Shown: piece by piece, positions 1 through 12,697 of the stretch | How the letters are laid out: every line of letters starts with the position of its first letter | Position numbering within the stretch: the stretch's first letter is position 1 | Origin: Spizellomyces punctatus DAOM BR117 | Lineage: Eukaryota | Assembly: GCA_000182565.2 (NCBI GenBank) | Contig: KQ257451.1 | DNA: 64,000 nucleotides | Strand: one strand, 5' to 3' | The notes under the pieces: generated by a model | Database searches by the model: none | What the model saw: the letters and a program-made list of their open reading frames with translations, nothing else | Told to the model about the DNA's origin: nothing | Program-made: the position numbers and the translations under genes

Positions 1-1291
1 CCTGTCCACAAGTCAAAAAACGTGCGGGATCGCCAAGCGCCTTCCATTGTGCAATGGTGGTATTCTTTACCATTTGAGCACCCTCCTCACCGGCTGACCC
101 AGAGCCCCAAGGGTTATCCATCGAAAATGAATCTAGTCGCTCCCAATTCCTTACAGCGTCGATGGCATCTGCCATGAGGTATCGTAGGAACGTATATACA
201 TTGACAACGGGACCAAGGAGGTTTTCATTGAGTACGAAGTCGAGGAAAGGGCGATACAAAAGAGATTGGTGCAGAAACACAGCATTAATAGCGTTGTAGC
301 TCCGTAAATGATCGCTCAAGACAGTGGGTGACATTGATATAAAGCCTGGAATATCAGAGACTACCGAGTTAAAGATCGATGATCTCTCTGACGGTTTGGA
401 TGTAGGGTACTTGATATAGTTGTATAGAGAGAATGTGCACCAAAAAGTGTGGGGACAGAATACTTGATGTTCAATGCCTTCGTCGGTTGGTTTCAGGTAG
501 AGAATGTACTCGGCAAATAATGGGTCGGTGGATGCTTCACTGGCCCGGTACCCATGGACGAAGAAGTCGGACCGAGAAAACTTGAACGATAGTCTAACGT
601 CACTTTTATGGTATCCATCTCTACCACCCAGGGACCTGACTGTTATTTGGTCTAATCCCTCCAACGTCCTTGCTCTGCAAACGATCTGTGGTTCCAATGG
701 CCGGAATTTGCATATGACCCGCCCGTCTGCGTTCTCAGCCGCATCCACACAAGTCATCCTGACTAACTGGTCGCCAAAAGAGAGTTCTATGCTCCCTCTG
801 TATGGCGTAGCCTGCTGCCATGTCCGGCAAACCGCTGATAACCGACGGGTTTCGCGGGGTGGGAGGAAGGAGAAGATTGAAGAGAGGATAATGTGGTTAT
901 GGAAAGCGATCTGGGCAGATCGCGCCGAGGCACCTACTAGCGGCTGATTCGGAAACTGTGGGCGCTTTGGAGAAGTAAAGTACGTTAGCAAACCTAGGAT
1001 GAGAGACGCCATAGTGAAAACCCTTGTCTCGAGCATCCAGGATTCTGGTAAATTTTTGGGTAGCATCTGATGACGTAGGTACCGCGGCCGTGCTCCGCGC
1101 TTCCTCCTCCAAACGCATTGCATTCCTTGTTGACTTCGATGACTTGGTTACTAATGAAGGTAAGTCAACACTTGTCAGGAGGACCGCTGCATTGGTTTAG
1201 ATAGCCGGCTCTTACAGTAGCGGTGTATGTTTCTCGTATGAGGACGACACTCGAAAGATGCTGGATTGCTTCGCGTTAGAGATCGTTCCAT
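1..1291 (-). CDS. Host hypothetical multi-exon protein (runs off the window start)
   Basis: Open minus-strand frames including ORF 897-1118, with GT-AG boundaries near 1150-1215 and a possible ATG at 1291; no recognisable domain. Confidence 0.35.
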
Positions 1292-1521
1292 GTTCCTCGG
1301 CCCGCTGATATGTTCCTTAAAAAGCAAAGAGTTCTAATAATTGCTTTTAAGATGTGCTTGTAGAAGCAGTCCTAAGAGACAACGCCAACAGACGTGGTCG
1401 TGATTTTGGCAATACAGAACTGAGCCGAGTTAAACGAATCGCAAAATCGTTATATTTGCCGGGCGTCCCGGTCCAATACCTCGCACCATATAGCCTCGTC
1501 ATCCAAGTTTGGCTTGCAATA

Positions 1522-3854
1522 ATGCCATCAATACTCTCGCGCCTTAAAACACTTTTACCAGGGCCAAATAAGCCGCCTCCACCTCTTATACCAAAATACA
1601 AACGACCTCGTCCGAAAACCATACATCCGTCCGACTTTGGAGGACTCAATAAGCCTTTGACAGAAACTGAGGATATTGTTGTTCCAAGATTGCCAACCGA
1701 GCAGGTCAAACCAGTTCAAGAGTATCCCCAACTTCGATACAAGCCGAGCCAGTGGGCGCATGTTCGAGAGCGAGGACGACGAAAAATGGCTTTTGTTTTG
1801 GACAAGTTTACTAGTGAGAAAGGAGCTATGGTGCTGTTGGGAATCACAGCCGGTGGGGTTTGGGGATTGGGCATATATGAGGCCCTGTTGAATGTGAAGA
1901 GTGGAGTACCGGTTGGAGAGGTGTGGAGGTTCGTTGTACGGTAGGTGGGTGTTTTAGTTGATGAACTTCAGTTCAAATATCTGCCGCGTGCCACACTAAG
2001 CTGCTTCGCTGCAGCTTTGCAGGAGCGAACACACTTGGAGCACTGACGAATACCAGTGTAGCCCCCGAGACAATAGCAGCCTCTCTCAACCTGGATCCAT
2101 CACTATTCAATTTCATTCCACACTCTCCTGAAGCGTTATACAAAACCCTCGACCCAAATCAAGCGGAGGCTCGCCTTCACGCTGTTTACGCCAGAGTAAC
2201 AAGGGGTCTTGCAGCAGGATACATGGGAGTCGCGTCCTTACTGCGAGTTATCAATTGGACTTTCATGGCCAGCAATATTTATCGAGAACGGGTCTTGTCC
2301 GGGAGGGAGCCGCCCTTCTTGGGAGTGGAGGGCCGAGTTTTTCGGTTGTGTGGACGGGTGTCGGATACTTTGACGATGTCATTAGCGAGAGACGGTGAGG
2401 TATGTGGAAGCGGATGCGTAAGAATGACAAGTCCCAGTTGTTTTCTTTTGGCTCATGGCGACTATCATAGCATGTTTTACCAATCATTGAGGAACCATCC
2501 AATGTCCGGCATCTGCTCCAAGAATATACCCAGAACGGTTCTGTTCCCATAGCTTGGCATATACGAGAAAATCAATACGGTTCGCCACAAGCGTGGACGG
2601 GACTGGTCATTGATGAGCCAGCCTTGTTGAAGACAAAGTCAGGAGAGCGGTTGTTATATATTGAGGTTATTTAAAATGCAAATACGTGCAGTGGCGATTC
2701 TGGTTGAGCTGACGCTGCTGACCATAGGCGGATGGAACGAACAGCGAAGATGCCTTGCGTTTGGGAACAGAGAGCGCGGACCTATCTCTGGAGGACGCCA
2801 GTGCCGTGAGTGATATTTGCCGAGATCTCGTCGAACCTTTATGAACAAAACCCCTCACGCCAGGCATATCGTATGATTGAAGACATTGCGTACCGCACAT
2901 CCGGATTGCCATCTTTTACAACGGTCCGTGTATTTCTCGGTGACATGCTTCAAAAGGGTCAGACAGGAGGTGGGATGGAGTACACACTTCGTCAACGTGT
3001 GAAATTTCGGCACGAGGTTAGTTTATTTTCGGATTTGCTTATACGTACCACGGCTGAATGGTAGGAAAGGTGGACATTCTGATAGATTCAAAACTTCCCA
3101 TTCTGACGGAAATTATCAAGTGGGCTGATAAAATTGCCGCACCTGGATGGCAGCTACGTAAAGTGGTATTTGAGACGGACAGTCAAGAGTAGGTTCATAT
3201 GTGGAATGTTGTTTGTGTCTGTCCTCACCGCTGATTAATGGTTGGATACAGATATTTCCATAACCTCACTGCTCTTCTCAAAATCTATGGATTTACAGTT
3301 CTGGACATTTCCCAAGTATCCCCTGAGGATGCTGGAAAGTTGCCGCGGCTAGTCTACTATCGTAGGACAGGCGTAGGTTGATCGTTTACAATCTTGCATG
3401 AGACTGCATTGGGCTAATAGTTCTCCTATAGAGCACCGTCAACGCTTTCCGAGCAATTCTGGATGCGGATCCGATTGATCCGGGACGTATCTGTGTAGTG
3501 ATCGACACAAAGGAAGGACTCGATACGGTCCAACAATTGAAAAGTCGCGGCTACCTGAGTGGCGAAGAAACAACCATCGTTTGCTCTAGTGACATTTACG
3601 ACACGCTTTTGCGACAAGTGAGAACATGGTGCAGAATGGGATACACGCCCAAGCAGATCCAAGCCGAGCTGGATGCTCAAAACGTCTATGTGGCACAAGT
3701 CGCAAAAGCCATTGCTCAGCAGGCTGAAGATGCAAAAAAGAATGGAGAGTTGAAAGAAGGAGAATTCCAGGAAGATCTGGCCAAGAAAGAAATGGAGGAT
3801 CAAAGGGCCAAGCAAGATGCAAAGAGTACAGAGAAAGAAGGGGGCAACGAGTAA
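1522..3854 (+). CDS. Host hypothetical multi-exon protein with an N-terminal hydrophobic segment
   Basis: ORFs 1354-1944 (ATG 1522), 2223-2552, 2810-3064 and 3498-3854 are separated by short GT-AG intron-like gaps; the last exon ends in a charged tail. Exon structure is approximate. Confidence 0.45.
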
Positions 3855-4584
3855 TTAGTTTATCAGATCAGTGGTGACACTCAAGTGCAGGAACGCTTTA
3901 CACTAGTAACGGACAATGTCAAGCTGTACCTTTTAGTCTTATCTTATGACGGACTTGTATACATTTGATTTGAACAATTACCCAAGTCAGTACATCGAAG
4001 GCTTCAACTGCCACCCAAGCCCGTCCCTGTTTTTTTCTCTTTTGGCTTGCCTGCCGTCTCAATTTGGCTCACATCTCATCGCCAAAAGGGCGGCGATCTT
4101 CTTCCACATGCCAATCTAGCAAGCAGCTGCTGACAAAGCACACCTTTGCCACTTGCGCGCGCGTCCCGTCAAGGACTACAAACGCGGTCCGCCTCACGGC
4201 CCGTGTGGGAAAAAACGCGCTTCTTATCAGCGACATGTGAGAAAAAATTCTCAATAAGCATTCCAACCACAGTCTGAAACCTTGATGGGTTAATTCTAGC
4301 CAGCCAATCAGATTGCATCATGTCATCCCTCGAATTTTTGACATAAATAGAGGCCTCCATGGCGATTCCCCCTCCCCTTCTTTCAAACACTTCTGTTGAT
4401 TATCCACGTCCGCTTGCAACTTGCGCTCATCATTACGTCGTTTCTTTGGGCTATTTTGCAACCCAAGCACACACATTTCAAAGATTGCGCTCAAGTTCTT
4501 CCATTTAAGGGGAACTGACAAGTGCAATACGTGTGCTCACATCTGTGATTTAAATTTCTCGAGCTTTTTGCCTTGAGTTTTTCA

Positions 4585-4731
4585 ATGTACTCCCACTCTG
4601 CTGAGAAGGTTTCAAACGACTACATCTCCGACCAGGTATGCCTAGGATGCGCCAGCACACCCACAGTCCTCAGGTACAATACTTACTTTCACTTATGCTG
4701 CTAGGTTTACAAGAGCTCTGGAAGCCAGTGA
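4585..4731 (+). promoter_or_regulatory. Arginine attenuator peptide (AAP)-like uORF of CPA1, spliced (exons 4585-4635 and 4705-4731)
   Basis: Spliced product MYSHSAEKVSNDYISDQVYKSSGSQ (25 aa) carries the DYISD core of fungal AAPs; intron GTATGC...CTAG at 4636-4704; ends about 110 nt upstream of the CPA1 ATG. Confidence 0.8.
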
Positions 4732-4839
4732 ACCCGTCCGCTACCAGCACATATATTTTCAATTACTATTTCTTCAATCGCCACGCAACGTCTCGCGTTC
4801 TCGCTCTCTTCTACCGCACAGCCTAAACACTACATCGAC

Positions 4840-6207
4840 ATGTTTGGATTTGCAAAAAATCTTGTCCGCCCTGCTGCGGTCGCCGCCCGGAATCCCATCA
4901 ACTGGAACGCGGTGAATACTCGCGCACGATTCTTGGCCACCTTGTCCAATGACAAAGCTGGCATTCTCCAGCGCCCGGTCGGCACTCAACCTGAACCGCC
5001 CATGCTCCCCGGTCTACTGCGCCTGCAAACTGGGGAGTCGTTCAAGGCCACATCTTTTGGCGCTCCACTCACTGGCGCTCCAATGTCTGGGGAAATTGTC
5101 TTCACCACCGCCTTGGTCGGCTATCCCGAGTCCATGACCGATCCTTCTTACCGTGGCCAAATTCTTGTATTCACTCAGCCTTTGGTCGGAAACTACGGTG
5201 TACCGGCGCCAACTCGTGACGAATTTGGTCTTCTGAAACACTTTGAGGCGGACGGGATTCAAGTTCAGGGTATTATCGTGAACGATTACGCGACAAAATA
5301 CTCTCACTGGAATGCCATTGAGTCTCTTGGTCAATGGTGTGCTCGCTACGGTGTCCCTGCTCTTACTGGAGTGGACACTAGGGCTGTTGTTACCATGTTG
5401 CGGGAACGTGGGTCGACTTTGGCTGAGATCCGGGTCGGAGAAGAAATGGTGAATGCCGAGCAGGTGCCTTTGGAGGATCCCAACGTGCGTAACCTTGTGG
5501 CTGAGGCCTCCACCAAAGTCAAAACGACTTACAACAAGGGCGGAGACGTCAAGATTGCTTTGATCGATTGTGGTGTGAAGCACAACATCATCCGGTGCTT
5601 GGCCAAGCGGGGTGCTCAGGTTGATGTTGTCCCGTGGGATCACGACCTTGTGCGGGACCCTGTAAAGTACGACGGTATCTTTATATCCAACGGCCCTGGT
5701 AACCCGGACAAGGCTCAAAAGACTGTTGCAAACTTGCGGGCGTTCATGTCTCAACCGTTCAAGGTGCCCACACCCATCTTCGGTATTTGCATGGGCAACC
5801 AGTTGTTGGGTCTAGCCGCCGGATACAAGTCATATAAACTCAAGTACGGTAACCGTGGTCACAACCAGCCTGCTCTTAACTTGGTTACCGGAAAATGCGT
5901 GATCACCTCGCAGAACCATGGGTACGCTCTCGATGATAGTGTCGAAGTTCCTGGCTGGATACCATTCTTCCGGAACGCGAACGATGGTAGTAACGAGGGT
6001 ATTCGCCACGCCGTCTTGCCGTATAGCTCAGTGCAATTCCACCCCGAGGCTATGGGTGGACCTTTGGACACCGATTACCTTTTCAGCGATTTCGTTCAGG
6101 AAGTGCGAGAATACAAGGCTAAGCGGGACAACCAGAGCCGAATCGTAATGCCGACCAGCGTACCTTTCCAGAGTGTTGAACAGCAGCCTGCCGCAGTTGC
6201 CGCTTAA
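4840..6207 (+). CDS. CPA1: Arginine-specific carbamoyl-phosphate synthase small subunit
   Basis: Motifs GEIVFTT..VGYPESMTDPSYRGQIL, SNGPGNP, GICMG (catalytic Cys), SQNHGYA, QFHPE; mitochondrial-type leader. Confidence 0.97.
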   Translation: MFGFAKNLVRPAAVAARNPINWNAVNTRARFLATLSNDKAGILQRPVGTQPEPPMLPGLLRLQTGESFKATSFGAPLTGAPMSGEIVFTTALVGYPESMTDPSYRGQILVFTQPLVGNYGVPAPTRDEFGLLKHFEADGIQVQGIIVNDYATKYSHWNAIESLGQWCARYGVPALTGVDTRAVVTMLRERGSTLAEIRVGEEMVNAEQVPLEDPNVRNLVAEASTKVKTTYNKGGDVKIALIDCGVKHNIIRCLAKRGAQVDVVPWDHDLVRDPVKYDGIFISNGPGNPDKAQKTVANLRAFMSQPFKVPTPIFGICMGNQLLGLAAGYKSYKLKYGNRGHNQPALNLVTGKCVITSQNHGYALDDSVEVPGWIPFFRNANDGSNEGIRHAVLPYSSVQFHPEAMGGPLDTDYLFSDFVQEVREYKAKRDNQSRIVMPTSVPFQSVEQQPAAVAA

Positions 6208-6533
6208 TTTGCAGACGAATTTTTTGGATACCATGGCCATTCGCACACAAGTGTGAATTTCTTAACTGGAATGGGGGTGTTGTTAAATGTGATGGGCCGC
6301 TAGCATAGTTTCTTTTGTACAATTGTTCCATGTTTCACTTTGTCTGAAATATATCACAGACAATCAAATTGTGAAATGTTTCCACTTGCTCATGTTCAGT
6401 GAATATGTTACATAACCAAAATATGAGGGTATGATTACACTTTCTGTTGGATATCGTTTATACGGTCCACAGCATATTAGAATATATAACGGGATGATTG
6501 GTGCTTCAAACTAACAGCAAGCGCAATACGTCC

Positions 6534-9500
6534 CTAGTCGATACTCAGCTCACTGCCAACCTTTCCTTTTCCCTTCCCATTTCCTTGTTCCAGCGGCGCC
6601 CTGCTGGAACTCCTTTCAACCACCTCACCAAAGGACGCTTCCGAAGAAAAGGAACAAGAAGAAGACACTGTCGCTTCCGACGATGCTGGTTTCGCAAGGA
6701 TTGGAGAACTTTCACTTCTCCCATACCCAGCGGCATCCACCTCTCGCCGACGATACATCTCCATATGATGCATTTGGGGGGGAGCTCTGTCCGAACATAA
6801 CTCTACTCCAAGCCCTTCCCCCGGTTTCCACAGCTCCCAATCTCGTCCCTGCTTGTCTCTTGTTATCGTATCCGCCGCGTTTAGCGTTCGAGAGAATGTA
6901 AAGGGGGAGCTGGATAAAGCGAGGGCGGTAGGTGGTATTACAGATAGACGAGACCCAACTGTCGTATCTGTTTCCATTAGTGTTTTCAAGCCAGGTGGGA
7001 TTGAGTTGCGGCGGAGGCGGGAGGTGTAGATTCTTTGAGTCATTGTGGCGGGTGTCTCTCCGTCAACGGCAGTCAACGCAGGGGATACAGTGTTTTGTCT
7101 GCCTGTCGCCACTAATGACGACGACGAAGATGGTGGGATGCTGGTTTCGTTTTCCGGACTGCACGGTCGATTTGTTGATACTGGGCCGTCTGTTCGTGCA
7201 CTGGTTTCGACTAAATTTTCAAAGTCCCGGACCTCCTTTGTGACCGAATCGACAAAAGTCTGAGGAAATTTAATCAGCACTTTTAGTAACTACTAGAGGA
7301 CAATGGTCAAGGCTTACCTCGAATTCGTGCATGTCGCTCCGCAGATTTGTCAAAGACGTCAGAGCGGTGTGTCGATTAGCCAAAGATGATCTCTCATCCA
7401 TTTTCAGACGCTCAGGATCTTTATAAGGTTGGCGCTGACGAACGCTTGATGCTTCGGCGTCGACGGTCCGTCCGAAAGGTGCACTACGATGTCTACCATC
7501 CTCTGTTCTCCACGATGATGTGGTATCTTCACCATATCTCGGTGGTGGGGAACCAGCAGGTCTCACCCGCCATCGAAGTGCGTCCAACTGTTGTTCTATA
7601 CTTTGTCGATAGCGACAACTCTGAGGCGTGTGTGGCTGGGAGGGCAGGTCTACATTCCACTTGCCATTGCTTATCGCTGGAGAGGTATCGCGTGACATGC
7701 TACTTGGACGCCAGCGAGATGTGCTGACATTCGTATCCAGTTCGCAACAGTCCGCCGTGTGTTGGTGACTACCGCTGTTATCATGGTGATCTGCTTCAGC
7801 CGCTCTAGCCGTGCGACTTGTATCATTTCTAAAGAAGCTGTGTTCGCTTTGGGCCATCACCTCTGCATATGCCCTACTCCATGCTTCATATCGTGTCGGC
7901 CAACGGCTTTGGCCGTTTTCATTAAGCAAGCTTCTCGAGAAAGTGGTGGGAGTATCCCCGGGAGAAGATAGAGGAGGGGATAAGTTTCGCGAGGAGCGAA
8001 GGTCGCTTGGAGATGGCGGGGTAATTGCCCTATTCGGTATAGGATGCGAATTGTAATCCATAGGAGAGATGGACCTGCCCGTTGTGAAGGATAGCATGTC
8101 CTCGGGACTATCACCGCGAGAGAAAAGTCTCGATCGAACTGGTGGCGACGGGGCATCCTCCATATCTGTATCAAACCTGGATGCATATGATTCTCGTGAC
8201 TCCGTCCTGGAGCGGCTCCACGATGAGTTGATGCTGGTTCGGGGTAGTGACATTGATGGAGAAGTGGAGTTCTGCTGTCCTTGTAGTTCTAGGTTTGGAC
8301 TAGCAGACTCTTTTTTCTCATCCACCGCACGAACGTTCGTCTCATTCGTTGTCAGGTCCGACAGAGTGGGCCGGACATCATCTCCAATATGTACGGCAAT
8401 GTAGCTGATGAAAAATGTTAGCGTGGCGGAAGAACACGAAAAGGCCAAGAAGGTGCCACTCACTGAGACAAGTCCCGACATTTTTGCGCGTAAGTAGGCG
8501 CTCGTACATGATACCGGAATTCCAACACATCGTCATTAGGATCCCAGTATCCGTCCCTCTCGAGCAAGTCGAGTCGACAAAAGTGGTTATAACCCCAACA
8601 TTCGCCAGGTGTGAAGTCGGATGAAAACTCCCTGTTTAAGCTCAGCGTATTGGATCCATGCTTGACCAATTCCACGCGGTATTGGTATTTTGATCGTGCA
8701 GGATATCCGCTCACCAATTCCACAAATACAGACAGGAAGAGGCCTTGCGATTTGCCATTGCCTTCATGGAGAAGTTTAGGATTCTATCAAGGCTGTTTGC
8801 TCTGCTTGCCAAGACGTACCTGAGGGATATACCTTCAATCGCCACATCAAACCAGAAACAAGAATGGGTTCTGAGTACACCGCATCTTCTGATTGCTGCC
8901 TTTCCCGAAACTTGTCGATGCGAAAGACCCCCATGTCATAATTTGGTACAAGATCGCTTTCAAATTCGCATGACACTTCGGGGAGAGTATATTCCTGTGG
9001 GTTTTCTGGATGTTGCTGTGGATGGATGTACGAAATCAGGCGAATTGCGTCGAAGGGGCGATTGAAATTAAGAGCATGTGCCGATCCGCCTTACCGTCTT
9101 CATCATGTAGATGATATCATCACTGCTTTTTATCAAATCAGAGTAAGAAGATTCGAGAAGGTGACTATGAACCGTTTCGAGTGTGGTTCCCAGCAAGTCC
9201 GTCTCTGTCGTAAGTCTCTCCTTATGTGCTGCATGATAGATTGGCTTCGTTCAGAATATACCCAAGATCTGATAAATCATGGCAAACTATAGCTACCAGT
9301 CAAAAGTGCCATCCTTGAATCAATCTGCTCATCCAAGCGGCGTTGCGCATTTCGAAGCAAATCTCGGTGTTGATTATCAAGCTAAGTTCAAACCGAATTC
9401 AGGATTCACAACAGATAAGTCCATGAAGCGTCCGTTGGAAGACTCACCTTTCGTTGTGCAGTTTTCAAGGCACTGATTCGTCCATCGACCTTCCTTATCA

Positions 9501-10474
9501 AGTTCCGATAATCATCGATTTTCTCGTACAAGGTAATAGTCTTTGCAGTGACGGATGCTCGATGAGTCTTGTAGACGACGTGCAAGTGCTCAAACTTGTG
9601 TTCCTTATGCTGGGGAGCAACGCCCAACGTGAGACTCACGAAGGAAACATGCTATATCACAAAGGTCGCTGTCGTACCTTTGCTTCAATGACAGCACAGT
9701 CGGGACAGATGGCTTCCCGACAATCATGACAATAGTAGTACAATTGGGCCGAATGTAGAAGACACAAGTCATCTTTGTGTTTGGCGCGATCGGATGCAGC
9801 CTTGCGAAGGTGCTGGAAAGGTTCCTCCGATTAATGAATTTCCTTTATCTGTCAGATTCCTTAATATGTCAGATCCTGCCTGCTCTTACATTCACAATGT
9901 CATCTATAAATCGGCACTGAACGAGCTGGGATCCTATCATTGGAGCCCGGCAATGTGGACACTGGCTCTTTTCTTCTGTGAGCCATTTCTATCCGATATT
10001 GGGCGACAAAGTGGGTAACAATGAGACTTTGAAGGTCTACGGTCATGCAAGATAGTATGAGATCTGACTCTACGCAGCATACAACACCGACCTTTACACA
10101 GGCTTCGCACCCAACTTTGGAGCAGCTTGGGCACATGACTGGTTTGCACAATGTGTCGAAGCAGATAAAGCACTTGAACCTTTAGTTACCAAAAAGAGAA
10201 AACAAAGTCGACGTGACCATCCCAATCAAATTTCAATAAGTTTGGACTGTTTAGGTTCCTTTGGCGGGGTACCAAGGGATTTTAGCTGCATGTTACTTTT
10301 GACCTGAACTTACATGTCATCCAACAATGGGGAGAGTGAAGCAGGCATAGGAGCTGCAGGAGGTGACACGGAATCGTCATCTTCTATTGAAAGTCTGAAC
10401 CCACTGGCTGCCCGTCCTCGTCTTGCGGGAAAGTCTCGACTCTCCGGAGTTTCATGCACTTGTTGGGGTATCAT
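6534..10474 (-). CDS. TRIM37-like E3 ligase (RING, B-box, coiled coil, MATH, disordered tail), multi-exon
   Basis: RING CFIC..PVMCPSCSKVGCEAC..CPHCR; B-box region near 9600-9780; MATH YSEPILVSGLMWRLKVYP..REFSSDFTPGECWGYNHF..YHVRAPTY. Confidence 0.85.
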
Positions 10475-11166
10475 TTTGAACAGATGTTGTTCCAATATCT
10501 GACAGAGACTCAAAGCAAGTGTGTGCACCTGTTCTGCACCACACGCTCATTCAACGTAGCTAGACGGATCGGACGGCTGCACGCATTAGGAAGCCATAAG
10601 AATTGGCATAGAAATGTCTGCTGTGTGGGAAAGCAACTTGCAGTTCGTCTGGGACGAAGCGCGTACTGTTGAACTAAATCACGTGATATCACACATCATG
10701 TGGGTTCGACCCTCGCTGCAGTCGTGTTTCAAGTTTTGTGATGGTGTTTTTGTTTGTCTGCCAAACACTTCACCTCTTGGGATCGGAGGAGAGTGTTGCG
10801 TATGGAATGTATTGAGCATTTCCTGATGATAGCCTTAATACTAATTTCGTACTCTTCAAACCTTGTTGCTTACAACCTGGTGGGGGGAAGATGAGACGGT
10901 TTGTGTTTGAGACTTTAAGACGCGTTTGATTAGTCCTGGGTCGGAGTTTTTGTGTGGCGGGGGGGAGATGAAAAAGAAGAGCCGAAAAAAAGGTCCCGAG
11001 TTGGCCTTTGACATTGGCCATATCATAGCGACTCTGGTTCTTTTACTACGACGCACACTGCTCCAGGTCCCCTGTACGCTTTAACGATTTTCTGTTAGGA
11101 ACACATAAGAGAGGAACGTGGATACTGACCTGGACACCACTGTGATGGTTGTTGGGTCCTTAAAGG

Positions 11167-12579
11167 GTGTTCTACCTTCTCGTACCTTTTGAAGCTGTTG
11201 CGATAGTGTTGGCTGTTTCACTGTCGAGCGAAGGAAAAGTAATGTGCAATCGAGAAACTGTTGCCTGCGGTATAGTCTTTTTCTTGATGGCTTCGACGAT
11301 CACCAAAGCAGCAGCCGCACCAGTAACAGAACTGAAAAGGAACGAGGGGAAGAATTTCCTACCCGGAGACAAGAGGGATAAGTCAGACAGGACAAGGGCG
11401 GAAAGGGAAAAAGCAGCAAAGGACAGAGCAGCCAGAGAGAGGGGCAAGGACAGAGACAAGAATAATGATAACGACGGAGGGCGTGGTGGTAATAACAAAA
11501 AAGATGACAACGACCGCCAAGGTGACGGCTCTCCTGGTGCACGCAGTCCTATCAGGATCGTCCTCGTCACCCCGACATTCCCGACGTCTCCTACACCGAC
11601 CATTCCTGAACCTAATGCGGAGCCTGATACGGAGTCCGATATTGAAGGCTCGCCAACGCCAACTGCCCCCCCAACTACGTCCACGGACGTACCAGACTCA
11701 CAAGCAACCACAGAAGCTTCTCCCGGCCTGACGCCTGTAAGCAAGCAGTTAGATCCGTTGCGACCAGTAACGCGACCCTCCACGGCCGCCTTAGCAGGAA
11801 CTATGGCAGCTGCCATTGCGGTAACATTTATTCTACTGGCTCTGGCATGGTGGTATGCGAGATGGAAACGTAAACAAATGGTCAACCCCGACAAACTGGT
11901 TGCTAAGAACTCTGTGAAACGCCAAAAGACCATCGAGAGTAGATCTGACGCTGAGCAGGTTGAACACACAAAGTCGTCAACGACAGAGGCTACAATAACG
12001 GTGCCAGAGCCAGGGGTATCGAAAGAAGAATCATATTCGTATCCCGGTCAACATGATTCTGCGTACGATTTGCCAGTTGCAGAGTTTTTGTTGCCACCAA
12101 TGAATCGCATTAGCGGGGCAACGACGGCAACGATGGCAACAACGACAACAACAACAACAACAACAACAACAACCAATGGCAGGGAAGCATCCATGCTGTC
12201 AGCCATAAGCTCCTCCCCACCGAAGGATAACCTGTGGCCCCCCGACTCCCCGCGAGATTCGTACGTCACCGCATCCGCATCTTTGTCCCGTCCACAACCC
12301 GCCGCAACACATAACTCTATGGCCGCCAGGAAGAGTGAGCCACTAGCCCTTGATACGTCATCCATGCGACCGTCTTCCATAGCCACACCGACCACGCCTA
12401 AAACACCCCTTCTTAAGCGTTTCCTACAGAGCTTAGCAACGAGGGCAACAGGGGACAAGGATCGGAATACTATTCTATCCCCTGATTCATCCCGTGCTAG
12501 TGTGAGCACAGATTGGGATTCCAGTAGAATGAGTGCAATGACTGACGGTAGTTTGAGTAGATATCTGGAGGACGACTAG
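11167..12579 (+). CDS. Host single-pass membrane protein with Ser/Thr/Pro-rich regions
   Basis: 470-aa ORF with a hydrophobic N-terminal segment and TM AAAIAVTFILLALAWWY followed by RWKRK; the true start is probably a downstream ATG. Confidence 0.7.
   Translation: MFYLLVPFEAVAIVLAVSLSSEGKVMCNRETVACGIVFFLMASTITKAAAAPVTELKRNEGKNFLPGDKRDKSDRTRAEREKAAKDRAARERGKDRDKNNDNDGGRGGNNKKDDNDRQGDGSPGARSPIRIVLVTPTFPTSPTPTIPEPNAEPDTESDIEGSPTPTAPPTTSTDVPDSQATTEASPGLTPVSKQLDPLRPVTRPSTAALAGTMAAAIAVTFILLALAWWYARWKRKQMVNPDKLVAKNSVKRQKTIESRSDAEQVEHTKSSTTEATITVPEPGVSKEESYSYPGQHDSAYDLPVAEFLLPPMNRISGATTATMATTTTTTTTTTTTNGREASMLSAISSSPPKDNLWPPDSPRDSYVTASASLSRPQPAATHNSMAARKSEPLALDTSSMRPSSIATPTTPKTPLLKRFLQSLATRATGDKDRNTILSPDSSRASVSTDWDSSRMSAMTDGSLSRYLEDD
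12137..12175 (+). repeat. (ACA)n microsatellite encoding poly-Thr
   Basis: acaacaacaaca run visible at about 12137-12175. Confidence 0.85.
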
Positions 12580-12697
12580 TTGCTAGTCGAGTATATACTT
12601 TGTACATATATTTTGCAGACAATTGTATACAATGAAGAGTTCTTGTAGAAATCTTATGCAAGGCGAAATCCTTATCGATGCTAAATCATGAACAAGA

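Noticed and set aside
12681-12697. Weak inverted similarity just outside the TIRs (9 of 17 nt)
   Set aside because: Too low in AT-rich sequence to extend the TIR
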